A DNA stretch of 64,000 nucleotides, from assembly GCF_030684315.1 (NCBI RefSeq), contig NC_081370.1, positions 28,213,078-28,277,077 on the forward strand, read 5' to 3'. This document shows positions 51,700-62,609 of this stretch, piece by piece (positions within the stretch are counted from its first letter, which is position 1; the number at the start of each line of letters is the position of its first letter). Source of the DNA: Stegostoma tigrinum (lineage: Eukaryota). The translations under genes were made by a program, and so were the position numbers. The notes under the pieces are model-generated. The model saw nothing but the letters and a program-made list of their open reading frames with translations, did not search any database and had not been told where the DNA came from.

Positions 51700-53500
51700 G
51701 CCTGATGTAACCACGGCGTGGCGCCCTGAGCACACCTCTAGCAGGGATTCAGCTTGGGGATCGTACCTGAGAGTCCCAGGCAGCCACGGGACATGACATT
51801 CTTGCAGTTTCTGGATTTTACAGGAACGGACGAATAACGATGGCGAGTCCCAGCACGACAATGCTTACAATAAAGATATTACTCGAATAGTGAAACAAGC
51901 CCGCGCCATATGCCTTTCCCAGCAAAAAGGTTTCTTGTTTTTGTTTTCAAAAGAGAATTCGTTGATAGTTGATACTTAAAGTACAACTTAACCCTTTTTC
52001 AACTTGCACGGAGAGTTGGACAGATATCAATAATCAGGTCAGTTTCTGTAACCATTCATCACATCGGCTACATTTTTGATGTGTTGGTTGGTTTTAACAT
52101 CTTATTGTCAACATTGGCCGCTGGAAAGCTTCTTTTTGAGCTCAAAACATTCCATCATATTAACCTCCCCTTCCCCTCCCCTCCAAAAAAGTTATGGAAA
52201 TTATTAAAGGACTCCGTGATTTCCGACTGAGCTCCAGGAATCGCTGTTCTCGGTTAATTGGCTGTTCCTTAAATTGAGATGAGAGCTCAGCCCTCCTGGT
52301 CATTGCGCTTTAGGCTTTATCCCGTTTGAAATGTAATAGGAGCTCCGTCACTGTTTCCGGAGTCTTTTCTCATTCTCTCCCTAAAAATCCCCCTCACAGA
52401 CAGAATTGGAGCGGAGGAATTCTACCTCTTTTAAAAAAAAGCACTTCGTCTTTCTGTAACAATTTCAAGCTTTTGTTACAATGCACGGTAAGGAGCAAAC
52501 TGCACTTCTCTATCTGTGAGAATTCAACACGAGTTATAATTGCTGCTTTGTTAAAATAGAATACTTTTTGGAAGTTTTTTTTAATCTGTGATTCATGGGA
52601 CGTGTCGTGTCAGTGAGAATGATGTTAGCAAACTGCGAGCCTCTCTGTATAATACATCCACAGAATGCTTTTGCATCTGCTTTTCTTTTAGAAACGATAT
52701 TGTTTTCTTCTGATGTATGAGACTGTGGTATGTTTCGTTAATCAGATCAACTGGGTCGGTTTTAATTCCACAAATAGAACTCGAGTTAATGCTGCAGTCG
52801 CCGAATTCAATAAATTTGAAGGGAGTGATCAGGACTGGGAGGCAGGTTTGAGTTCTGAGTTAATGGGCAGAGCTGTTTTGAGCCAGATTTGTGATGTGTG
52901 TGAAATTATGTCTGAGTCCAGTGTATTTTTTTTTAGTCATGTGTGAGCGTATTATGTATGAAAGCGCATCTCTGTGTGTCGTCCTCTACAACGGTGTCCG
53001 GGCAATTTACATTTTTGTAGGATTTTTTTAACGGGCTCGGCGGTCTAACTTTGCATTATAATTCGAAGGAAGGCGAATGCCGACCTCAGTAGTAGTTAAA
53101 TATCCATCCTTATAAAGGGTCCGTGACAGCCGGATGAACTGGGAAATACCTCGTTAATACCCTTCATTGGAAGGGTAGGTAACTCGCTGCCGGGACTCTC
53201 GGCGCCGATGTGGCGAGATGGTTTGAAGGGCTGGTTTTGCACAGATTGTGATTACAACGGACCCTCTTGAGGAAAGAGCAAGTGATGACAATATTTTCAT
53301 GCCAGGAGAGTTATGCCCCGGTATTATCAGGAGAGAGTCATCATTATGGAATTGAAGTGAAAGAAGGGGCAACATTGCAGACAGAGGAAGGGAACCATGA
53401 CAATCCTTTTCGGGAAGGATGTTATTACAGGAATGTTATGAAATCGCCATGTGGCCTCTCATTTCAAAATATTATGAAAAAAATGACGCCGCATCTGATA
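51700..53500 (+). promoter_or_regulatory. Second CpG-richer, repeat-free promoter-like region (candidate DENND2B/ST5 5' exons)
   Basis: CpG enrichment, donor ACG|GTAAGG at 52488, TATAAA at 53111 with a donor-like site near 53175; gene identity from synteny only. Confidence 0.4.
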
Positions 53501-54846
53501 ATGGAGCATAGTTGATGAAATTCTTGAGATTTTAGAGGGGAAAAATCAATTCACATTGTACTTTCATTGTTTCAAGCTATTCTAAAGTGCTTTACAACGC
53601 TGTCATCGGTCCTTCTGATCTTGTGATATCAAGATACGGATTAGAAAAATATTCCATAAAAGTTAGTTAGCAGTGCTAATTCAGCATTAATTATATTATA
53701 TTTTCGATGTAAACAAAACCCCAATCATGGTGCTGGGCTTCACAAAATGTAACCCAATATATTGCTAACTGCACTTCATGGCGATTAGATGTAGGTTAGA
53801 ACTCATTGAACTAAATTTATTATAAATGGCTGGACATCCAAATTTGGCTTCAATATCCAACAGCCATTACCCTGAAAAATAAAGTGCAACTAGAAAACTT
53901 GCAAACATTTTGTGGTACCTAGAATTTAAAATGGGATGAATTTGTGGGAAAGAATACCACATTTACTGGAGGGAAGGTGTTCTGATGGGAGTTAGTTATC
54001 AGTGCTAATTGAGCAGTGATTATCTTATATACTTTGGATACAAACAAAACTGCATTCTTTAGGTGAACAGTGGGATGAAATTACTCTGAGTAGAGAGTGA
54101 GGGTGTTTTTAGAATCACTTGCAGTTTAGAAGCAGGCCATCGCATAATAGTTACTCTTGGAATCACTAGACAGTAATTATTGATGTGTTGTTGCAAATGT
54201 TGCTGTGTTTATTTCCTCTTGCTAAAATTTGAATGTAACTTTATGTTCACATCAATTATGTTGTCAATGTCCACACCAAAAATCAGCTGGCATTTGAAAA
54301 AAAAACCAAGAACAAAATTTTCCATCCTGCTTATGGGGTATGACATAAAGATTAACATTTTGCATTTATCTGAATTAAATGCCATCTGCCATTGCTTGGC
54401 CTACTGGCCCAGTTGATTAACATCCCAATAAGCTAGATAACCTTCTTCACTGTCCATGAAACCACCAATTTTGGTGTCATCTGTAAACTTACTAACCATG
54501 TCTCTTATATTCGACCTATTCCTTTATATGAATGACAAGTATATAAATTAAACTGAAATTGTTTCAAGACAACGATTTATCTTAGATTTGAACCAAAGAT
54601 GAAAAATGATCTTACATAAGTAATCATGTGATCTTAATCACTCAACTAGTTTACAACTTTATAATTGCTCAGTTTTCTCTTATTTTTGATAAAAGCCATG
54701 TCAACTCTTGGATTATATTTTCCACTGTGTCAAACATCCAAATCCTTTACTCTCAATACAAACATCTGAACTCATCAATTAGATGACCACCTCTATAAGT
54801 AGAGTTCATGCTTGCAATACAAACCAACCAAACTCCTGAATTAGAC

Positions 54847-54975
54847 CCTTTCTGATGAAAGGTCTAGGCCCGAAACGTCAGCTTTCTTGCTCCTAAGATG
54901 CTGTTTGGCCTGCTGTGTTCATCCAGCTCTGCGTTTTGTTATCTCGGATTCTCCAGCATCTGCAATTCCTATTAT
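54847..54975 (+). mobile_element. Solo tailed 3' end of the Penelope family
   Basis: Starts 5 nt before CTGATGA; TSD CTCCTGAATTAGAC at 54833-54846 and 54976-54989. Confidence 0.9.
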
Positions 54976-55879
54976 CTCCTGAATTAGACTATTGTCTTAA
55001 TACTCTTTAAGGTCCCTTATTCTCCATTTAAACCTCTGAGCTATTCAGTTAAATTACTGCCTTACAAATGTTCTCACATCTTCCTTGTTCACAGAATAGA
55101 CATTGTAAATTTGTGGTTTAATTGAAGAAGTTAAGTCATTCTCTAAGATCCTTTTCTTCAGGGAATAACTGTTGAAATCAATCCGAATAAGACCTTGTAG
55201 ATATTCTCAGAAGATTCTTATTTCATTTATAAATATTCTAAACTCTTTAAATTCTAGATACAGACTAGAAGACCAGGGGTGAAGTTCGGATTTGGATGCA
55301 AAATTACTTTGCCCCAGAATAGAAAGTTGCAGGAAGGCATAAGACATGAACTAATTGCAAGAGATTATATCCTCCATGTTCTTGTGGCAATGGAAGACAA
55401 ATAGAGCTTTGAATTTCCCATCTGCCATCCATTTCCTTGTGAATGCTTGACTGTATCAAAGATAAAATATCCCCTACCTTGTCCCACCTTCATACTCGGG
55501 TGTAAATCCTTATCTGTAAATATTTATATTGCATGCCTAGTATATCGTTTGCAATAAATTTTAAGTGTTTTGTGACATCATGTGTGGAGGTGTAAGCACA
55601 TAGCTGGGATGAACCTGTGATATGAAAATGATCTTCACATAGTTAGGTTGACTGAATAAAACACAAAGTAAGACATTTATTGTTATAGCATGGCTGAATG
55701 TGGTAAATGGAGACATTTGTCCAAGAATGAATGATTGTGACACATTCCATCCATAACTTGAATTAGAAAATGGTTTAGTTCTATTGAATATTTCTGTAGT
55801 TTTCAAACTTAACGAATCACTTGTAGTTTGTAATTTAGTCACCATGTCAGCATAAGCTATGTAAATGATTTTTCAGCAA

Positions 55880-56270
55880 TATTCTTGATTAGATTTGTAG
55901 CTCGGGTCATGGATACTGTGGTTGGTTCGCTCGCTGAACTGCTTCATTAGTTTACTGACGGTTCATTACCCTGCTGGGTAACATCATCACTGCGGCCTCC
56001 AATGAAGCGCCGTTATATTTTCCCACTTGCTATTTAAACTGTGGGGTCCATTGGAGTTGATTACTTCATTTCCAGTGTTTCTTTGCAGGGGTGTGTATAT
56101 AGGGTCTAATTCTGTGTTTATTGATGGCCTTCTTGATGGAGAACCAGGCCTCTAGGAATTTCCCTGCTTGTCCTAGTATCCTGACATTGTACCAATCAAA
56201 TCAAAAAGACACGACCAATACTCACTTCATACATACAGACAAAGAGGACCACCAGTTTGATTGGGATATG
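55880..56270. mobile_element. Poseidon-type Penelope-like remnant with an inverted segment
   Basis: The - strand encodes KFLEAWFSIKKAINKH..ELDPIYTPL; the + strand encodes KRHDQYSL..HTDKEDHQFDWD; hammerhead-like motif at 55955-55992 on -. Confidence 0.65.
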
Positions 56271-57219
56271 TAATTGAGATGAATCTGCATGAACACTAAG
56301 AATGTTGTGCTATCATCACTGGGAAATAGCATGGTAACCCAGTATGCAGGAATGTATTATATAGAAGAAAATACAGACCCTGGAATCTGTTATGTTTAAT
56401 ATTATCAATATTAGTTTATTGGAACATGAAGAACACATAGATTAATATGGTCAGAATATGGTGCACAAGCTGAAGCCTTCAGAAAAATAGGATAACAGGA
56501 GGCTAGAGTAGGTTGCAGAGACATGATTAAAAAAAACAGCCAAACATACAACAGAAAGACAATAAGGCATAGGTTGTAGTGAGTGACTGAGGGGCTGTAA
56601 TGTATTATAGACAGCCTAACATACAATGAAGTGTGTCACAAAAACAGCATAACAGACTGGGTGCATTATACCTTTGTGACAATGAAGGTTTCTAACATAT
56701 TTTAATAACTTGGAAATTTGCATTCTGAAGGACAGGTAAATTGGTTTTAGGTCTTCATTCTGTGAAGGGATCAGAAAATTGTTTGGATCAGTGAACTAAA
56801 GCCAACTTTTTGAAGAAATCACGTGAGTTAATGATGGTTGAGTCAAACTACATGTTGAGATAATTTCAGAGATAATGGGAACTGCAGATGCTGGAGATTC
56901 CAAGATAATAAAATGTGAGGCTGGATGAACACAGCAGGCCAAGCAGCATCTCAGGAGCACAAAAGCTGACGTTTCGGGCCTAGACCCTTCATCAGAGAGG
57001 GGGATGGGGGGAGGGAACTGGAATAAATAGGGAGAGAGGGGGAGGCGGACCGAAGATGGAGAGTAAAGAAGATAGGTGGAGAAGGTGTGGGTGGGGAGGT
57101 AGGGAGGGGATAGGTCAGTCCAGGGAAGACGGACAGGTCAAGGAGGTGGGATGAGGTTAGTAGGTAGCTGGGGGTGCGGCTTGGGGTGGGAGGAAGGGAT
57201 GGGTGAGAGGAAGAACCGG

Positions 57220-59424
57220 TTAGGGAGGCAGAGACAGGTTGGACTGGTTTTGGGATGCAGTGGGTGGGGGGGAAGAGCTGGGCTGGTTGTGTGGTGCAGT
57301 GGGGGGAGGGGATGAACTGGGCTGGTTTAGGGATGCAGTGGGGGAAGGGGAGATTTTGAAACTGGTGAAGTCCACATTGATACCATATGGCTGCAGGGTT
57401 CCCAGGCGGAATATGAGTTGCTGTTCCTGCAACCTTCGGGTGGCATCATTGTGGCAGTGCAGGAGGCCCATGATGGACATGTCATCAAGAGAATGGGAGG
57501 GGGAGTGGAAATGGTTTGCGACTGGGAGGTGCAGTTGTTTGTTGCGAACTGAGCGGAGGTGTTCTGCAAAGCGGTCCCCAAGCCTCCGCTTGGTTTCCCC
57601 AATGTAGAGAAAGCCGCACCGGGTACAGTGGATGCAGTATACCACATTGGCAGATGTGCAGGTGAACCTCTGCTTAATGTGGAATGTCATCTTGGGGCCT
57701 GGGATGGGGGTGAGGGAGGAGGTGTGGGGACAAGTGTAGCATTTCCTGCGGTTGCAGGGGAAGGTGCCGGGTGTGGTGGGGTTGGAGGGCAGTGTGGAGC
57801 GAACAAGGGAGTCACGGAGAGAGTGGTCTCTCCGGAAAGCAGACAGGGGTGGGGATGGAAAAATGTCTTGGGTGGTGGGGTCGGATTGTAAATGGCGGAA
57901 GTGTCGGAGGATAATGCGTTGTATCCGGAGGTTGGTAGGGTGGTGTGTGAGAACGAGGGGGATCCTCTTGGGGCGGTTGTGGCGGGGGCGGGGTGTGAGG
58001 GATGTGTCGCGGGAAATGCGGGAGACGCGGTCAAGGGCGTTCTCAATCACCGTGGGGGGGAAGTTGCGGTCCTTAAAGAACTTGGACATCTGGGATGTGC
58101 GGGAGTGGAATGTCTTATTGTGGGAGCAGATGCGGCGGAGGCGGAGGAATTGGGAATAGGGGATGGAATTTTTGCAGGAGGGTGGGTGGGAGGAGGTGTA
58201 TTCTAGGTAGCTGTGGGAGTCGGTGGGCTTGAAATGGACATCAGTTACAAGCTGGTTGCCTGAGATGGAGACTGAGAGGTCCAGGAAGGTGAGGGATGTG
58301 CTGGAGATGGCCCAGGTGAACTGAAGGTTGGGGTGGAAGGTGTTGGTGAAGTGGATGAACTGTTCGAGCTCCTCTGGGGAGCAAGAGGCGGCGCCGATAC
58401 AGTCATCAATGTACCGGAGGAAGAGGTGGGGTTTGGGGCCTGTGTAGGTGCGGAAGATGGACTGTTCCACGTAACCTACAAAGAGGCAGGCATAGCTGGG
58501 GCCCATGCGGGTGCCCATGGCCACCCCCTTAGTCTGTAGGAAGTGGGAGGAGTCAAAAGAGAAGTTGTTGAGTGTGAGGACGAGTTCCGCTAGGCGGATG
58601 AGAGTGTCGGTGGAGGGGGCCTGGTCGGGCCTGCGGGACAGGAAGAAGCGGAGGGCCTTGAGGCCATCTCCATGCGGAATGCAGGTGTACAGGGACTGGA
58701 CGTCCATGGTGAATATGAGGTGTTGGGGGCCAGGGAATTGGAAGTCCTGGAGGAGGTGGAGGGCGTGGGTGGTGTCACGGACATAGGTGGGGAGTTCCTG
58801 GACCAAAGGGGAGAAAATGGAGTCCAGATAGGTGGAGATGAGTTCGGTGGGGCAGGAGCAGGCTGAGACGATGGGTCGACCAGGGCAGGCAGGTTTGTGG
58901 ATTTTGGGAAGGAGATAGAAACGGGCCGTGCGGGGTTGGGGAACAATGAGGTTGGAGGCTGTGGGTGGGAGGTCCCCTGAGGTGATGAGGTCGTGAATGG
59001 TGTTGGAGATGATGGTTTGGTGCTCGGGTGTGGGGTCATGATCGAGGAGGCGGTAGGAGGTGGTGTCGGAGAGTTGGCGTCTGGCCTCGGCGATGTAGAG
59101 GTCAGTACGCCATACTACCACTGCGCCACCCTTGTCTGCGGGTTTGATGGTGAGGTTGGGGTTGGAGCGGAGGGAGCGGAGGGCTGCCCGTTCTGCGGGG
59201 GAGAGGTTGGAGTGGGTGAGAGGGGTGGAGAGGTTGAGGCGGTTAATGTCTCGACGGCAGTTGGAGATGAAGAGGTCGAGGGAGGGTAGGAGGCCTGGGG
59301 GTGGTGTCCAGGAGGAGGACTTGTGTTGGAAGCGGGTGAAGGGGTCAGTGGAAGGAGGGTTGGGTTCCCGGTTGAAGAAGTAGGCATGCAGGCGAAGACG
59401 GCGAAAAAACTGCTCTGTGTCCGA
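57220..59424 (-). CDS. Penelope-like reverse transcriptase / GIY-YIG endonuclease (N-terminally truncated, no internal stops)
   Basis: Motifs IKPADKGGAVVV, FYLLPKIHK, GRPIVS, MDVQSLYT, QTKGVAMGT, RYIDD, FLD. The linker CNRRKCYTC is a Neptune-type Cys cluster; VVYCIHCTRCGFLYIGETKRRLGDRFAEH..PYGIN is the GIY-YIG domain. The first 20 or so residues of the tracked 754-aa ORF come from the inverted arm. Confidence 0.93.
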   Translation of the reverse strand, partial: SDTEQFFRRLRLHAYFFNREPNPPSTDPFTRFQHKSSSWTPPPGLLPSLDLFISNCRRDINRLNLSTPLTHSNLSPAERAALRSLRSNPNLTIKPADKGGAVVVWRTDLYIAEARRQLSDTTSYRLLDHDPTPEHQTIISNTIHDLITSGDLPPTASNLIVPQPRTARFYLLPKIHKPACPGRPIVSACSCPTELISTYLDSIFSPLVQELPTYVRDTTHALHLLQDFQFPGPQHLIFTMDVQSLYTCIPHGDGLKALRFFLSRRPDQAPSTDTLIRLAELVLTLNNFSFDSSHFLQTKGVAMGTRMGPSYACLFVGYVEQSIFRTYTGPKPHLFLRYIDDCIGAASCSPEELEQFIHFTNTFHPNLQFTWAISSTSLTFLDLSVSISGNQLVTDVHFKPTDSHSYLEYTSSHPPSCKNSIPYSQFLRLRRICSHNKTFHSRTSQMSKFFKDRNFPPTVIENALDRVSRISRDTSLTPRPRHNRPKRIPLVLTHHPTNLRIQRIILRHFRHLQSDPTTQDIFPSPPLSAFRRDHSLRDSLVRSTLPSNPTTPGTFPCNRRKCYTCPHTSSLTPIPGPKMTFHIKQRFTCTSANVVYCIHCTRCGFLYIGETKRRLGDRFAEHLRSVRNKQLHLPVANHFHSPSHSLDDMSIMGLLHCHNDATRRLQEQQLIFRLGTLQPYGINVDFTSFKISPSPTASLNQPSSSPPPTAPHNQPSSSPPPTASQNQSNLSLPP

Positions 59425-59900
59425 CCCATCATGGGCCTCCTGCACTGCCACAATGATGCCACCCGAAGGTTGCAGGAACAGCAACTCATATTCCGCCTGG
59501 GAACCCTGCAGCCATATGGTATCAATGTGGACTTCACCAGTTTCAAAATCTCCCCTTCCCCCACTGCATCCCTAAACCAGCCCAGTTCATCCCCTCCCCC
59601 CACTGCACCACACAACCAGCCCAGCTCTTCCCCCCCACCCACTGCATCCCAGTCCAACCTGTCTCTGCCTCCCTAACCGGTTCTTCCTCTCACCCATCCC
59701 TTCCTCCCACCCCAAGCCGCACCCCCAGCTACCTACTAACCTCATCCCACCTCCTTGACCTGTCCGTCTTCCCTGGACTGACCTATCCCCTCCCTACCTC
59801 CCCACCCACACCTTCTCCACCTATCTTCTTTACTCTCCATCTTCGGTCCGCCTCCCCCTCTCTCCCTATTTATTCCAGTTCCCTCCCCCCATCCCCCTCT

Positions 59901-59928
59901 CTGATGAAGGGTCTAGGCCCGAAACGTC
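59901..59928 (+). ncRNA. Minimal hammerhead-ribozyme-like motif in the Penelope 3' region (representative copy)
   Basis: CTGATGA-A-GGGT(CTAG)GCCC-GAAA-CG-TC: both catalytic-core boxes, 4-bp helix II, palindromic rudimentary helix III, GUC triplet. Helix I is weak. The motif recurs, sometimes mutated, near 2036, 6726, 27917, 34786 and 54852 on + and in the - arms. Confidence 0.7.
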
Positions 59929-62609
59929 AGCTTTTGTGCTCCTGAGATGCTGCTTGGCCTGCTGTGTTCATCCAGCCTCACATTTTATTATGTTGAGATA
60001 ATTGATACTTTTTGTTGACCAAGCTTTCATGGTCTATAGAAGAGGCTAGGTACCAGATAGAGGTTGTGATTCAGAAGAACAGTTCCATACCAACAGTTGT
60101 GATGTTAAGCCAAATAAAGCAAGTCAACGTCTTGTATTTTTTCTTGGGGTTCTGTGAGAAAAATCAGTGTACTAGTCTGTGCAGTTGTCTCTCCTGGGGA
60201 TTCAGTAATGGAGAGAATCATGTAAAATTGCAATACTTGTGACCTTCTTAGTTCAGAAAGAAATTGTAAGATGAAAGTAGGAGTGATACCTCACCAAGAT
60301 TGAGTATCTGTAAAGAATATTGCTAAGAAATGGAGTTGGATCTTTTTGCTGCTTATGATAAGGTTTTTCCAAATCTTTTTTATAAATATAACTTTGCTAT
60401 TATTCTTTTTTCTTTTTGTTGTAAACTTGTGTTCTTTTGTTAGAAGCACATTGGCAGCCTCATTTAGACATTTTAAGTAATTGACTACCACTGTAATCAA
60501 ATTGCAACAATAAAATCTGTTTTATCAAGCTGGGTTTCGCTTTGGACTCTGACTTTTCTAATACTACCCTCAGGTGGGATCAGAGGTTAACACCCAGTTT
60601 GCATTATGTTGCAGACACAGAATAAGAGATTGGTTAAATTAACGTTTAGAATAGAAAAATGCAGATGAGTTGTGTTACAGAGACAGGATAAAACATGGAT
60701 TAGTATGTTATAGACAACAGTCTTGAAATGCAATACATTGAAGAATAACACATTGTAGCAAAGTGTTACAAGATGTCCTGAACCATGAGGTTGCCTTCAT
60801 AATATTTTTGACAGACATATTTAACATCAAATATTTTTTATTTCTGATTAAAAATCCTTTTAGAAATCAGTCCCTATGTTCACATTTAGAATGGAAACAA
60901 CCTTTATAACTGTATGTCATAATTACATCTGCATGCCAAAGGGATGTAATGTATTGCCATATATTTTTGATAGTTCCCTTAATATTTACTAGTGCACATT
61001 ATACATCAAACTATCCAAAAACTTGTGCTTTTGTTGTTGGGAGTTAATCAGTAAGACAAAGCTGTCAAGCTGAAAAGACTTTTTCTCTAATTATGTACTT
61101 GTCTCTGAGTACGCTAGTCGAAGATGAGGAGCTTTGAATGGTTTAATTGTTAAATTGCACGTGCTGAATCACAGAGCTGATTCTTACATTCTTTTGGCTC
61201 AATGAATTGCATTGGGTTTTTGGAGGAATTATCACTGATGCCTAGCAAGATTCCTCAGTGTATCTTACCAAATGCATCTCATTTATTATGTACCCTGCCT
61301 GTATGGTGCTCCTCTGTTCCGATTTTATCCCCATCTTACTACATGCAATTCCCAAAAAACGTTGGCTTCTTGCTGGATGTCTGCCAAACATTGGCACCCT
61401 TGATCCTATGCCATTGTTATAAAAGTCCATTGTGCACCCAGGTGAGCACTCAGTCCAGAGCTGCCCAGCACGATTGCTGACATTTGCCCTGGACATGGCA
61501 GACGAGGGGAAATTGACACCCTGCTCTGTGGGCAGGATCCTGTAGGCCTTGCACATACTTGACATCCTTCTGTCCCAAGAACCAACAGAGGAGACCATGA
61601 CACCAGACCATGCTAGTTTTGTCTGAAGTTGCTACCTAGCGCAGTGTAGTCTCAGTTGTCTGTCAGCAATGTTAAAGTCAGTGTCCTTCTCTCTTATGCC
61701 AACATAGGCCACCACCTTCTCTCCAATACCTTGCGCCCACTCTATCTCTGGTACTGTTACCCACATTACAGAAGCTTAAGCTCTACCTCGCTCTCTGTTG
61801 CCTTCAACTCCTTCTCTCACATGCTCTTATCCTTCTCCAAACCTTGACACTGCTAACCCTATGTGCCCCCAGCACTGCCTACTCCCTTACTCAGGAATCC
61901 TCCCCATCTGACCCAAGACTAACAGGTGGGCCACTCTTTCATCTCCGTTAAAACATACCCTGTCTTCTCCAGAAGGAGAGCAGACCTCAACAGGGCAGAA
62001 AGGGTCAAGACAGTTGGTGAGCGTCCTGTCTGTTGGCTGCTTATCCCTTATGCAGACAACATCTTGACCCAACCACCCTAAGTAGCTGACTGGTCGTGCC
62101 CAAGCCACTGACTAATGTTGGAGGCTGCCCTTGATATACTGTGTCTGGCCCCCATCTGAAGTTTATTTCTCTTGACATGACTGAGGACTGCTGACAACCA
62201 TGACACATGCCTGGCTTTATATCCATGTGAAACAGGAAGGCAATATAGAGATAAGATGAGCCTAATGACTCTGGAGGCAAAGTGCATTGCTTTGCCTTGA
62301 CTTTTTACAATAATGAGTTGCTATGCAAAGCCAGGCAGGATCAGGGAGAGTGATTGCTAACATAGCAAGGGAACAGCCCAGAGATACAGCCTGGTCTAGT
62401 CTATAAGTTGGGTGTGTGTCCCTGAACACAAGAGATCTTGCAGCAGCATTACAATGAGCATTACCAGTGTAGCCCAAGGTGCAGCATGGAGGTACAGAAG
62501 CATCCTATTAGTGGATTAGATTATCATGAGGATTCCTGGAGGCTGACATATGTTCATTGACATTGGCATCCAACATGGATGTGAGTGGACATGTGGCCAG
62601 TGAGCTGAA

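Larger units (their letters stand above)
56866..59989 (-). mobile_element. Neptune-type Penelope-like retroelement, 5'-truncated, with an inverted copy of its 3' end (fold-back)
   Basis: RT + GIY-YIG ORF. Arms 56905-57476 and 59426-59991 are near-perfect inverted repeats. TSD ATGTTGAGATAATT at 56852-56865 and 59990-60003. Confidence 0.95.

Noticed and set aside
59425-59484. Apparent start of the 754-aa ORF (MLFLQPSGG..)
   Set aside because: It is a TTG start in antisense sequence of the inverted arm, fused in frame by chance; it is not the native N-terminus.
57239-59676. Many overlapping 65-180 aa ORFs on both strands
   Set aside because: These are shadow frames of the GC-rich Penelope ORF and its inverted arm, with no independent motifs.
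1731-60003. CRISPR-like array from recurring short repeats
   Set aside because: The repeats are dispersed TE ends with TSDs, not regularly spaced; eukaryotic context with no cas genes.
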